The notes below the pieces were generated by a model that was not told the DNA's origin, did no database searches, and saw only the letters and a program-made list of their open reading frames with translations. Below, piece after piece: positions 1 to 8,236 of a DNA stretch of 32,000 nucleotides. The DNA lies in NCBI RefSeq assembly GCF_000195955.2, contig NC_000962.3, positions 3,900,001 to 3,932,000 on the forward strand, written 5' to 3'. The DNA is from Mycobacterium tuberculosis H37Rv. GTDB lineage: Bacteria; Actinomycetota; Actinomycetes; Mycobacteriales; Mycobacteriaceae. Within the stretch, counting starts at the first letter, position 1. Each line of letters begins with the position of its first letter. A program made the position numbers and the translations under genes.

Positions 1-402
1 CCGGCCACCTTCGAGGCCTTCGATGAAATGCACTTCCCACGGCGGACGGCGTAGGTCCAGGGCGTGACTATGCAAGCGGGACACCGGGATCCCGAGTTCA
101 CGCTCGTCGCCAGGGCTGGCCAGCGCCGACCGGCGCACGTGGTAGTCCAGGTCGAAGTTGTCATCAACGACCCAGGACTGCGTGGGATGGTATAGCAGCT
201 CCGGATGGCTCAGTCTTAGGCTCCAGGGTTCGACGACCTCGCTGGCCTTGCTTTCGTCGACGAGTTGGCGCAGCAAGTCCGGCGGCGCACCCGAGGGCGG
301 CGTGAACGGCATCAACGCACCAACGTGCATCATCGTGGTCGACGATTCGGAGTACAGGAAAAACATGTCCTGCGGACCCAACCGCCGGGCCGTCTGGCTC
401 AC
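1..402 (-). CDS. Wax-ester synthase/diacylglycerol acyltransferase (WS/DGAT, triacylglycerol synthase) family protein, N-terminal 134 codons only; gene continues beyond window start (Rv3480c-like)
   Basis: Absent from ORF track because it runs off the edge. Manual minus-strand translation from GTG at 402, in frame to position 1: VSQTARRLGPQDMFFLYSESSTTMMHVGALMPFTPPSGAPPDLLRQLVDESKAS...RRPPWEVHFIEGLEGGR. This is the typical WS/DGAT N-terminus; the HHxxxDG catalytic motif would lie just outside the window. GAAGGAG Shine-Dalgarno (plus-strand 409-415) lies 6 nt upstream of the GTG. In-frame ATG at 366 is an alternative start. Confidence 0.8.
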   Translation of the reverse strand, partial: MSQTARRLGPQDMFFLYSESSTTMMHVGALMPFTPPSGAPPDLLRQLVDESKASEVVEPWSLRLSHPELLYHPTQSWVVDDNFDLDYHVRRSALASPGDERELGIPVSRLHSHALDLRRPPWEVHFIEGLEGGR

Positions 403-492
403 GGGCCACTCCTTCGTTGGAGGCATTCTCAGGCCGTCTAGCGCCGCCAGATAACTACCGTAGATGATCGCGGCCGTGCGTTGTACGCCGCA

Positions 493-1182
493 TCACATCG
501 CGTGAACTCCGTTGTAGAGCAGCAGTAAACCGATCACGACCAGAATGGCCGCGACCATCCCGGCATGGTTCTTCTCCATCCAGTCTTTAAGTCGTTCCAG
601 CGAATCGTCGAGTCGGTCACCGGCAGCCACGTAGGCCAATATCGGGATCGCGACCGTGGATGCAGCCAACATGGCAAAGAATGCCGTGTAAATCCAGGAA
701 CCCGCGGCGCCGTGGCCGCCGCTGCCGATGGCCAATCCGGCCGCCGCGCAAATGATCAGCACCTCGGGTCTCACCACCACCAGCACGGCCCCTACCAATC
801 CGGCGCGTGCCGGGGTGAAGCTGGCGAATGCGCGCATCCAGCCCGGCATTTCGGTGTGGCGATGCCGGGTCAGCCACCGAAGCACGCCGAACACGATCAG
901 TGCCGACCCGAGGACCACCCGTAGCCAGGATGCCCAGGCCGGCGATGTTGTGCTCAAACCGCCAAGTGCGCCGGAGGCCGCAACAAAGACGGCGGTCACC
1001 ACGGCCAAGCCCAACAGCCAGCCGCCCAGGAAGGCCAGGCTGCTCGGCCGCGGCTGCGGCGAGTGTACGACCAGTACCGCTGGGATCACCGACAACGGCG
1101 AGAGCGCAATGACCAACGCCAGCGGCACGAGCCCGGTGAGCACGGAGACCCAATGACCTGCCACGGGCAGCAATCCTCGCAT
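493..1182 (-). CDS. Polytopic integral membrane protein of unknown function (Rv3481c-like)
   Basis: ORF track 493..1239 begins at a TTG. I prefer the internal ATG at 1182 (MRGLLPVAGHWVSVLTGLVPLALVIALSPL...) with GAGG upstream. The protein is almost entirely successive hydrophobic helix-length stretches. Start uncertain by 57 nt. Confidence 0.7.
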   Translation of the reverse strand: MRGLLPVAGHWVSVLTGLVPLALVIALSPLSVIPAVLVVHSPQPRPSSLAFLGGWLLGLAVVTAVFVAASGALGGLSTTSPAWASWLRVVLGSALIVFGVLRWLTRHRHTEMPGWMRAFASFTPARAGLVGAVLVVVRPEVLIICAAAGLAIGSGGHGAAGSWIYTAFFAMLAASTVAIPILAYVAAGDRLDDSLERLKDWMEKNHAGMVAAILVVIGLLLLYNGVHAM

Positions 1183-1323
1183 TGACACCGCCTCGGTGAC
1201 CACCGAGCGCCCCAATTCGACGAAATTGCGCGCACCCAACCGCCGTTCGGGCTGTTGATAGCCATCGCGAGACGTCGATCGCCGAAACGTACGTGCAAAG
1301 ACGGCGGCTTGGTGAGCCGACGA

Positions 1324-2106
1324 TTAACGACGCTGCCCGGCCAAACGCTCGCCCTGACAGAATTGCGACCCGAAGTCCACCGTCACGGTCGACGGCGTGC
1401 GGAACTGAGCGGCGAAGGTGAGCTGGGGATCCACCGGCGCCTGATCGAGCCCCAGTCGCTTTGTCTCGAGGTTGATCTCCACGGTATCGGGGGCAGTTCT
1501 GCGCGCATTGGTGTTCCGGTCCGGCCGCATGTTCGGCTCGGTGCCTCTGCTTTCGCCGGGCTTTCTGATGGCAAGTTCATCGGTGTCCTGCTGCGGGCCC
1601 AGCTCGGCGAACTCCTTGCCATTGTTGGCGATGGTGTAGGTCAGCAGGTAACCGGCAAAGCCCGACGCAAACGAGCCCGATGGCGACGGTGGCAGCGGCT
1701 CGGCGAATCGAACTACCAGCCGAAGGACCGCGCCTCGGGGATGCGAGACGTCCACGGAGGCCACGGTAATGGTCGCGGGCGGTGTCGGCCCGGGCCGCAA
1801 CTGGCAACTGAGTCGCTTCGGCAGCTGCGACCAGTCGTCTGGCAGCGGCCTGATCCAGGCGTAGACCGCGACACCTACCATCGTCAGCACTGCCGCGACC
1901 GGAACTGTCAACCGCAGGCCGGCCGGCATGCCCAGCCAGCGGCTCCGGAGACCGTCGACACGCAGGGCCAGCGGTGATCGTGGTGCAGAGGGGTTGGGTC
2001 GACGATGTCTGGTCCAGCGGTCACCGTCCCAATATCGTTGCCCCGCTGAACCGTCAGGATCGGTATACCATCCTGCCGGCGGCGAAGTCGCCACGTCGTG
2101 CTCCAT
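1324..2106 (-). CDS. Membrane protein with N-terminal DUF2510-like motif (Rv3482c-like)
   Basis: ATG start at 2106. N-terminus GWYTDPDGSAGQRYWDGDRWT matches the GWYPDP...RYWDG..WT (DUF2510) repeat motif. One hydrophobic helix follows (LRLTVPVAAVLTMVGVAVYAWI), then a soluble domain. Confidence 0.75.
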   Translation of the reverse strand: MEHDVATSPPAGWYTDPDGSAGQRYWDGDRWTRHRRPNPSAPRSPLALRVDGLRSRWLGMPAGLRLTVPVAAVLTMVGVAVYAWIRPLPDDWSQLPKRLSCQLRPGPTPPATITVASVDVSHPRGAVLRLVVRFAEPLPPSPSGSFASGFAGYLLTYTIANNGKEFAELGPQQDTDELAIRKPGESRGTEPNMRPDRNTNARRTAPDTVEINLETKRLGLDQAPVDPQLTFAAQFRTPSTVTVDFGSQFCQGERLAGQRR

Positions 2107-2149
2107 TCAACAGTCGGTAAGGATCAGCTGCGGTGCCGCTCCTCGCGGA

Positions 2150-2812
2150 CTACGGCGGCGCATCGAACAACTCCGGTAGCGAATCGAGGATCTGCACGTG
2201 GTCGCCGCGCCACGCAAACCCCACAATCGTCAAGATGCCATCTTGGCAGCCGTCACAGCTTTGACGTGTCCGATAGCTCAGCACCACGATGTCGTTTGTG
2301 GATGCCGGACCGATCAAATTGGTGAACGGGTAGGCCCTCGGCGTTGCGGTTCCGACGAACGTTCCCCGATGAAACATCAGCGCCTGGTCCGGGGAGCTGT
2401 TGGTGGCGTCTTGCACCGTCACCAGCACCGCGGACAGGTCCGCGCACGGGTCGTAGTTGCTGTCCTCCGGCGTACTATTCCACGGCCTGCCGGTTTTGGA
2501 ATCGGGGGCAAGCTGGGCCAGCGCGGCGCGCACGGCCGTTGCCTCGTCCGGCCCACACGGGCCAACCTGGGATGCCGGGGAAGTGGGGCGCGCCGGTGCG
2601 GACGTCGTTGCCGGCGCCGCCTGGTTGGCACCTGGTCGGACCCGATGCATACCGGCGTACGCAACGACCGCGGCAGCCACACAGGCCAGGACCACGAGCG
2701 CCACCAGCCAGGCGGTGGGCCAAGACCCGCCTGGGGCGGGCGGAGTGGTATCGACGTCATCGGACGGCTGGTATGCCGGCGCAGGCCAGTCGGGGTCAAT
2801 CTCGTCAGACAC
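2150..2812 (-). CDS. Membrane-anchored secreted protein, LppP/LprE-like family (Rv3483c-like)
   Basis: GTG start at 2812. Pro/Asp-rich N-terminus, single TM helix (WLVALVVLACVAAAVVAYAG), Ala/Pro-rich linker, then a C-terminal globular domain with paired cysteines (GPCGPDE ... DPCADL ... QSCDGCQDG). Confidence 0.7.
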   Translation of the reverse strand: MSDEIDPDWPAPAYQPSDDVDTTPPAPGGSWPTAWLVALVVLACVAAAVVAYAGMHRVRPGANQAAPATTSAPARPTSPASQVGPCGPDEATAVRAALAQLAPDSKTGRPWNSTPEDSNYDPCADLSAVLVTVQDATNSSPDQALMFHRGTFVGTATPRAYPFTNLIGPASTNDIVVLSYRTRQSCDGCQDGILTIVGFAWRGDHVQILDSLPELFDAPP

Positions 2813-3074
2813 CTAACCCGCTAACCCTCCCGGTACCCGCCCGCTGGCTGTGCGATACTTGCCGAGCTTGCCGAATTGTAGCCAGAACGTGCAGGTAGCG
2901 GAAACAAGCGGGCCGTCTCGAGGGGCCCCGCCGGCCGGTGAGGCTGACCACATCCAGCATTCTGATAGCTGGCTTCACAGCAATCTGGCCCCATACTAGA
3001 CGTCATGCAGCAAGCGACGGCACCGCAACCGCTGGCAGCGCGCCAGTTGGTTCGACGGCGCCTGGCCGAGGCAT

Positions 3075-4616
3075 ATGATGGCGCGTTCTGAGGGCAATCG
3101 CCCACGCCATCGCGCTGTGCCTCAGCCGTCGCGGATCCGCAAGCGGCTGTCGCGGGGCGTTATGACGCTCGTGTCGGTGGTTGCCCTGCTGATGACCGGC
3201 GCAGGGTATTGGGTAGCCCACGGCGCGCTGGGCGGCATCACCATTTCGCAGGCCCTAACCCCCGAGGATCCCCGTTCCAGCGGCAACAACATGAACATCT
3301 TGCTCATCGGGCTGGACTCGCGCAAAGACCAGGAAGGCAACGACCTGCCCTGGTCGGTCTTGAAGCAGCTACACGCGGGCGATTCCGACGACGGCGGCTA
3401 CAACACGAACACGCTGATACTTGTGCACGTCGGTGCCGATGGCAAAGTGGTGGCCTTCTCGATCCCCCGCGACGACTGGGTGCCCTTCACCGGCGTTCCG
3501 GGATACAACCACATCAAGATCAAAGAGGCGTACGGGCTGACCAAGCAATACGTGGCAGAACAGCTGGCCAACCAGGGTGTGAGCGACCGGAAAGAGCTCG
3601 AGACCCGGGGCCGTGAAGCTGCCCGGGCCGCGACCCTGCGGGCGGTGCGAAGCCTGACCGGCGTCCCGATCGACTACTTCGCCGAGATCAATTTGGCCGG
3701 TTTCTACGATTTGGCCCAGACCCTCGGCGGCGTTGATGTGTGCCTGAACCATGCCGTCTACGACTCGTACTCCGGAGCCGACTTCCCCGCCGGGCGTCAA
3801 CGGTTGAATGCCGCGCAGGCGCTGGCGTTTGTCCGGCAGCGTCATGGCCTAGACAACGGGGACCTGGACCGCACCCACCGCCAGCAAGCATTCCTGTCGT
3901 CGGTCATGCGCGAACTTCAGGATTCGGGCACCTTCACCAACCTGGACAGGCTCGACAACCTGATGGCCGTGGCACGCAAAGATGTGGTGCTGTCGGCCGG
4001 CTGGGACGAGGACCTGTTCCGCCGGATGGGCGACCTGGCGGGCGGTAACGTCGAATTCCGGACGCTGCCCGTGGTGCGCTACGACAACATCGACGGCCAG
4101 GATGTCAACATTATCGACCCGACCGCGATCCGGGCCGAGGTAGCGGCGGCATTTGGCAGCGCGCCGCCAACGTCGCAGACCGCCGCGGCCGCCAAACCTA
4201 ACCCATCCACCGTCGTCGATGTGGTCAATGCCGGCAGCATCAGCGGACTGGCCAGCCAGGTCTCCGGTGCGCTGCTGAAGCGCGGCTACACCGCGGGTCA
4301 GGTGCGTGACCGCGAATCCGGCGATCCGTTCACCACCGCCATCGAGTACGGTGCCGGCGCGGAAACGGACGCCCAGAACGTGGCAGACCTGCTCGGTATC
4401 GACGCCCCCAACCATCCCGATCCCGCCGTCGCGCCCGGACACATCCGTGTGACGGTGGATACCAACTTCTCCCTACCGGCACCCGACGAGGCCACCGCCG
4501 CCGCGACGTCCACCGAAACCAGCACATATCCGCTGTACGGCGGCGGCACCACCACCGACCCGACACCGGACCAAGGGGCGCCCATCGATGGCGGCGGCGT
4601 GCCCTGCGTGAACTAG
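3075..4616 (+). CDS. cpsA: LytR-CpsA-Psr (LCP) family cell-wall glycopolymer ligase
   Basis: ORF track 513 aa (tandem ATG ATG at 3075/3078). N-terminal TM helix. LCP core signatures NILLIGLDSRKD, NTNTLILVHV, SIPRDDW, QALAFVRQRH...DLDRTHRQQAF. C-terminal LytR_C-like domain (VVDVVNAGSISGLASQVSGALLKRGYTAG...IRVTVDTNF). Confidence 0.93.
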   Translation: MMARSEGNRPRHRAVPQPSRIRKRLSRGVMTLVSVVALLMTGAGYWVAHGALGGITISQALTPEDPRSSGNNMNILLIGLDSRKDQEGNDLPWSVLKQLHAGDSDDGGYNTNTLILVHVGADGKVVAFSIPRDDWVPFTGVPGYNHIKIKEAYGLTKQYVAEQLANQGVSDRKELETRGREAARAATLRAVRSLTGVPIDYFAEINLAGFYDLAQTLGGVDVCLNHAVYDSYSGADFPAGRQRLNAAQALAFVRQRHGLDNGDLDRTHRQQAFLSSVMRELQDSGTFTNLDRLDNLMAVARKDVVLSAGWDEDLFRRMGDLAGGNVEFRTLPVVRYDNIDGQDVNIIDPTAIRAEVAAAFGSAPPTSQTAAAAKPNPSTVVDVVNAGSISGLASQVSGALLKRGYTAGQVRDRESGDPFTTAIEYGAGAETDAQNVADLLGIDAPNHPDPAVAPGHIRVTVDTNFSLPAPDEATAAATSTETSTYPLYGGGTTTDPTPDQGAPIDGGGVPCVN

Positions 4617-4621
4617 GTAAG

Positions 4622-5566
4622 TTATCCGACCACTCCACGCAGCCCGTCGGCGCCGAACACCGGCTCCAGCATGGGCGAGAAGTCCGGGCCCCTTCGCAGC
4701 ATGTGGCCGCCGTCGACGTTGATGACCTGTCCGGTGATCCAACTGGCCGCGTCGCTGAGCAAAAACATTGCTAGGTTCGCGACGTCTTCGACCTCACCCA
4801 CCCGCGGTAATGGCGTGCAGACCCGGTAGTCCGCGCTCAGCTCCGGCGACTCTGTGACGGGCACAACCAGATCTGTACGGATCAGGCCCGGGCGGATGCT
4901 GTTGACCCGTACCCACGACGGGCCGAGTTCGTCAGCGGCCAGTTTCATCATGTGGTCAACGGCCGACTTGGTGACCCCGTAGGCGCCGAACCAGCGATGG
5001 GTGTTGCTGGCCGCGATCGAGGAGATGCCGACGAACGAACCGCCGCCGCCGCGTACCAATTCCCGCGCGGCGTGCTTGAGCACGTACATGGTGCCATTGA
5101 CATTGAGGTCCACGGTGCGCCGCCAGGCCTGCGAGTCGATCTGGGTGATTGGCCCAATGGTCTGAGACCCGCCCGCGCAATGCACCACACCGTGCAGCCG
5201 GCCATGCCACGCGGTTGCCGCGTCCACCACACGCAGGGTCTGCTCCTCGTCGGTGATGTCGGCCGGCTCATAGCCGATCGCTCCGGTCTTGAGCGCCTCG
5301 ATGTCTTTGACAGCCGCCGCCAGCTTGTCTGGATTTCGTCCCACGATCATGACGGCGGCTCCAGCCGCGACCAACCCGGCGGCCACCCCCTTGCCGATTC
5401 CGCTGCCACCTCCGGTGACCAGGTAGGTCCGGTCTTGGAAAGAAAGCTGCACTTGAGGCCCCTCACGCCGAAACTGAAACAGGTTCTCGCCATTTTGGAC
5501 CATGCGGCCCGTCACTTGCGCCGAAGGTGAACTCACGGCGAGGTTTCGCGGCGCTCGCGAATTCAT
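4622..5566 (-). CDS. Short-chain dehydrogenase/reductase (Rv3485c-like)
   Basis: Rossmann motif LVTGGGSGIGKG and catalytic YGVTKSAVDHMMK (YxxxK). About 45-aa N-terminal extension before the Rossmann motif, so the start is less certain than the gene call. Confidence 0.88.
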   Translation of the reverse strand: MNSRAPRNLAVSSPSAQVTGRMVQNGENLFQFRREGPQVQLSFQDRTYLVTGGGSGIGKGVAAGLVAAGAAVMIVGRNPDKLAAAVKDIEALKTGAIGYEPADITDEEQTLRVVDAATAWHGRLHGVVHCAGGSQTIGPITQIDSQAWRRTVDLNVNGTMYVLKHAARELVRGGGGSFVGISSIAASNTHRWFGAYGVTKSAVDHMMKLAADELGPSWVRVNSIRPGLIRTDLVVPVTESPELSADYRVCTPLPRVGEVEDVANLAMFLLSDAASWITGQVINVDGGHMLRRGPDFSPMLEPVFGADGLRGVVG

Positions 5567-5729
5567 GCCCTCAGTTCACGTTCGACGTTCGTGATCAACG
5601 GTGCCGCCATCGTGGAGGGATTCCATAGGTTGCGGCTTGTTGCCACATTGCGGCCAGTGTGCGCCGCCGGGTGCGCGTCCACGGTAGGCTTCAACCACGA
5701 ATTATCGGGCAACGATATCGGAGTCGGAG

Positions 5730-6221
5730 TTGGCAATAACTGGTTCGGCCGCACCGTCATGGCCGCGACTATTGCACGCCGAGGGCCCCCCTTCCGTCAT
5801 TTGTATACGGCTGTTGGTGGGGTTGGTGTTTCTCAGTGAGGGAATCCAGAAATTCATGTATCCAGATCAGCTGGGTCCGGGCCGCTTCGAGCGGATCGGC
5901 ATCCCCGCCGCCACGTTCTTCGCCGATCTGGACGGGGTGGTCGAGATTGTCTGCGGCACACTGGTCCTCCTCGGCCTGCTGACCCGGGTCGCGGCGGTGC
6001 CGTTGCTCATCGACATGGTGGGAGCGATCGTGCTGACCAAACTCCGAGCACTGCAGCCGGGCGGGTTTCTCGGGGTAGAGGGCTTCTGGGGCATGGCCCA
6101 CGCTGCCCGGACCGACCTGTCGATGCTGCTCGGATTGATCTTCCTGCTGTGGTCCGGCCCCGGCCGGTGGTCACTAGATAGGCGACTGTCCAAACGCGCC
6201 ACGGCTTGCGGCGCGAGGTGA
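5730..6221 (+). CDS. DoxX-family small integral membrane protein (Rv3486-like)
   Basis: TTG start in ORF track. Four hydrophobic helices; LLVGLVFLSEGIQKF and following segments resemble DoxX. A downstream in-frame TTG/CTG start is possible. The 3' end overlaps lipF convergently. Confidence 0.75.
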   Translation: MAITGSAAPSWPRLLHAEGPPSVICIRLLVGLVFLSEGIQKFMYPDQLGPGRFERIGIPAATFFADLDGVVEIVCGTLVLLGLLTRVAAVPLLIDMVGAIVLTKLRALQPGGFLGVEGFWGMAHAARTDLSMLLGLIFLLWSGPGRWSLDRRLSKRATACGAR

Positions 6222-7157
6222 ACCCGCGACGTAGCGCGACCGATGCACCGGACTCAACGACGAGTCAGCGGTGGCGTCGCGAATGAACTGCCCGATCTGA
6301 CGCAACGAACGGGTCGCTTCGGGCACCAGCGGTGTGGCGAGTTGGAAAAGATGAGCCTGACCGGGCCAAACCCGTACCTCGGCACAGACGCCTGCCGCCG
6401 CCAGCTTGCCGGCGCCCAGCTGCGCGTCGTGCAGCAGCACTTCGGAGCCGGAAACGTGAATAAGTGTCGGCGGCAAGCTGGATTCGATATGGTCGAGCGG
6501 CTCATAGAGGTCTTCGGGCCTGCCGTCGACCATGTTCTTGGCAGCGGCCGCCCTGACCCATGCCGCCAAGGCATCGAATGCCCGCGCCGGAAACATCGCG
6601 TCGGTCCCGATGTTGGGATGGTCCTGCTTGGGCCCCTTGGCCAGCTGCAGCAACGGAGAGATGGCCACTATTGCCGCCGGTTTCTCGTCGTCGCACTGCA
6701 GCCGCTGCGCAAGCGCGAGCGCAAGGTAACCACCCGCGGAATCACCGGCCAACACGATCTGTTCCGGCCGGTATCCGCGCGCCCGCAACCATTGGTATGC
6801 ATCGTGGCAGTCGTCGAGCGCCATCCCCAGCGAATGCTTAGGGATCAGCCGATAGTCGACTATCAACACGGGTGATTCGGCAAATCCTGACAGCGCGTTG
6901 ACGATCCTGCTGTGCGAATTCGGCCCGCACATGACAAACGCGCCGCCGTGCAAATAGAGCACCACCCGCCCAGCGCCGTCGGCCGCCCGCACCCCAGGCG
7001 CACGCACCAACTGGGCGGTAGCATTCGGCAAATTTATCGTTGTTCGGACCGTGCCCTGCCCGGGGCGCCAAACCCTGCATGCGAAGTCGACGAACCCCAA
7101 CGGCAGAGGCAGGGGCGATAGGTAACTGCCCACAGTCATAAGTGGCTTGATCGTCAT
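6174..7157 (-). CDS. lipF: Esterase/lipase, hormone-sensitive-lipase (alpha/beta hydrolase fold-3) family
   Basis: HGG oxyanion motif (VVLYLHGGAFV) and GDSAGG nucleophile elbow. Open frame extends to GTG 7304 (376 aa). Candidate starts: 7304 GTG, 7295 ATG, 7157 ATG, 7139 ATG, 7007 GTG. I chose ATG 7157. By my hand count, third-position GC is about 73% for codons between 7157 and 7007 and about 67% upstream of 7157. A 7007 start would leave only about 20 aa before HGG, atypical for this family. Confidence 0.85.
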   Translation of the reverse strand: MTIKPLMTVGSYLSPLPLPLGFVDFACRVWRPGQGTVRTTINLPNATAQLVRAPGVRAADGAGRVVLYLHGGAFVMCGPNSHSRIVNALSGFAESPVLIVDYRLIPKHSLGMALDDCHDAYQWLRARGYRPEQIVLAGDSAGGYLALALAQRLQCDDEKPAAIVAISPLLQLAKGPKQDHPNIGTDAMFPARAFDALAAWVRAAAAKNMVDGRPEDLYEPLDHIESSLPPTLIHVSGSEVLLHDAQLGAGKLAAAGVCAEVRVWPGQAHLFQLATPLVPEATRSLRQIGQFIRDATADSSLSPVHRSRYVAGSPRAASRGAFGQSPI

Positions 7158-7623
7158 GCGCGATGCCAGTGCCGCCAACCGACCTGCAACACTAGGGCCG
7201 CTTTCGGTGATCTCGATGGGAGCCCCGTCCCAGCACGAATCGGAATTCGAGCATCCCGACGATTGCAGGGGCCGGCGTGCGTAATACGAGGACATTTTCA
7301 GCACGTTTCGCCGGAATGTGGCCGGTGGTTGGCGTTAGCTGCACGGAAGCGCCTGAGCTGGCCCGCCGTCACCGCCCGATTTATCAATCGCAAATCTCGC
7401 ACTTCCCGTTTACGTAGTTGCTCCAACCAGACGCAGCCCAATTCGGGCTCCTCCCCCCATCAATCATTCGGTGGCGCGAAGTTCACCAGAGTCCCGGACA
7501 CGCTCACGCGAACTACCTGCATTTAGGGGATCACAGGCACCTTGAAATGCATCGGTGTATGACTGGGAGTTTGCTGTACGTCTATTGGTAAGTGCGAATT
7601 CGCCGCCGGCTACCCGCACCCCG

Positions 7624-7649
7624 TAGAATCGCAAGCCGATATCGGCTTG
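7624..7649 (+). promoter_or_regulatory. Candidate promoter -10 box (TAGAAT) and adjacent perfect 18-bp palindrome upstream of the PadR gene
   Basis: TAGAAT at 7624-7629 fits the mycobacterial TANNNT -10. CAAGCCGATATCGGCTTG at 7632-7649 is a perfect palindrome covering the expected transcription start, 18 nt before ATG 7667. Confidence 0.45.
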
Positions 7650-7666
7650 GTCACCTGAGGTGTTCT

Positions 7667-7990
7667 ATGCGGGAGTTTCAGCGGGCCGCGGTGCGCCTGC
7701 ACATCCTGCACCACGCTGCCGACAACGAGGTGCACGGCGCGTGGCTGACCCAAGAACTGAGCCGGCACGGCTACCGGGTCAGCCCCGGCACGTTGTACCC
7801 GACCCTGCACCGGCTCGAAGCCGACGGCCTGCTGGTGTCCGAGCAACGGGTCGTCGACGGCCGCGCGCGCCGCGTCTACCGGGCTACCCCGGCTGGCCGG
7901 GCAGCACTGACCGAGGATCGCCGGGCACTGGAAGAGCTGGCCCGCGAAGTCCTCGGCGGGCAATCGCACACCGCTGGTAACGGGACCTGA
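7667..7990 (+). CDS. PadR-family winged-helix transcriptional regulator (Rv3488-like)
   Basis: MREFQRAAVRLHILHHAA...GYRVSPGTLYPTLHRLEADGLLVSE is the PadR signature. The ORF track starts at GTG 7592. I prefer ATG 7667, which has GAGG 7 nt upstream and a TAGAAT -10 box plus palindrome in 7624-7649 that would otherwise be coding. Confidence 0.85.
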   Translation: MREFQRAAVRLHILHHAADNEVHGAWLTQELSRHGYRVSPGTLYPTLHRLEADGLLVSEQRVVDGRARRVYRATPAGRAALTEDRRALEELAREVLGGQSHTAGNGT

Positions 7991-8059
7991 ACCGCGTCGA
8001 CGGTACCCATCGCCGGGGCCAAACCGTGACGACGTCTGCAGCGCAATGCGGGCTTGGCT

Positions 8060-8065
8060 TACAGT
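8060..8065 (+). promoter_or_regulatory. Candidate -10 box (TACAGT) positioned for a leaderless transcript starting at the ATG of the 54-aa ORF
   Basis: TACAGT (TANNNT) ends 6 nt before A of ATG 8072. There is no SD between them. Confidence 0.4.
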
Positions 8066-8071
8066 TATGTA

Positions 8072-8236
8072 ATGTCTACCAAATCTGACCACGGCGAAAT
8101 CGGTGACGTCGAACCGCTGGCAGACAGCACCGCGAGCCAGGCCAGGCGAGTCGTCGCCGCATATGCGAACGACGCCGACGAGTGTCGGATCTTCCTGTCC
8201 ATGCTCGGTATTGGACCGGCCAAACTCGAGAGCTAA
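8072..8236 (+). CDS. Small hypothetical protein, 54 aa (Rv3489-like)
   Basis: ORF track 8054..8236 starts at TTG; the first ATG is at 8072 ([19 protein letters not shown]...). Its TAA stop (8234-8236) overlaps the otsA ATG (8236-8238) as TAATG. No recognisable domain. Confidence 0.55.

Noticed and set aside
1255-2824. Plus-strand ORFs 1255..1977 (240 aa), 2198..2824 (208 aa) and 2344..2898 (184 aa)
   Set aside because: They are antisense to the DUF2510-like and LppP/LprE-like genes. The products are Arg-rich and low-complexity.
5578-5591. Tandem 7-bp direct repeat ACGTTCG ACGTTCG next to the SDR gene start
   Set aside because: Only two copies of a very short unit with no palindromic symmetry. 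I cannot connect it to any regulator.
7531-7537. TCACAGG resembling one unit of the PhoP direct-repeat box (TCACAGC, recalled from memory) in the lipF upstream region
   Set aside because: It is only a single 6/7 half-site. No second unit occurs at the expected 11-bp spacing on either side, which is too weak to call a PhoP site from sequence alone.
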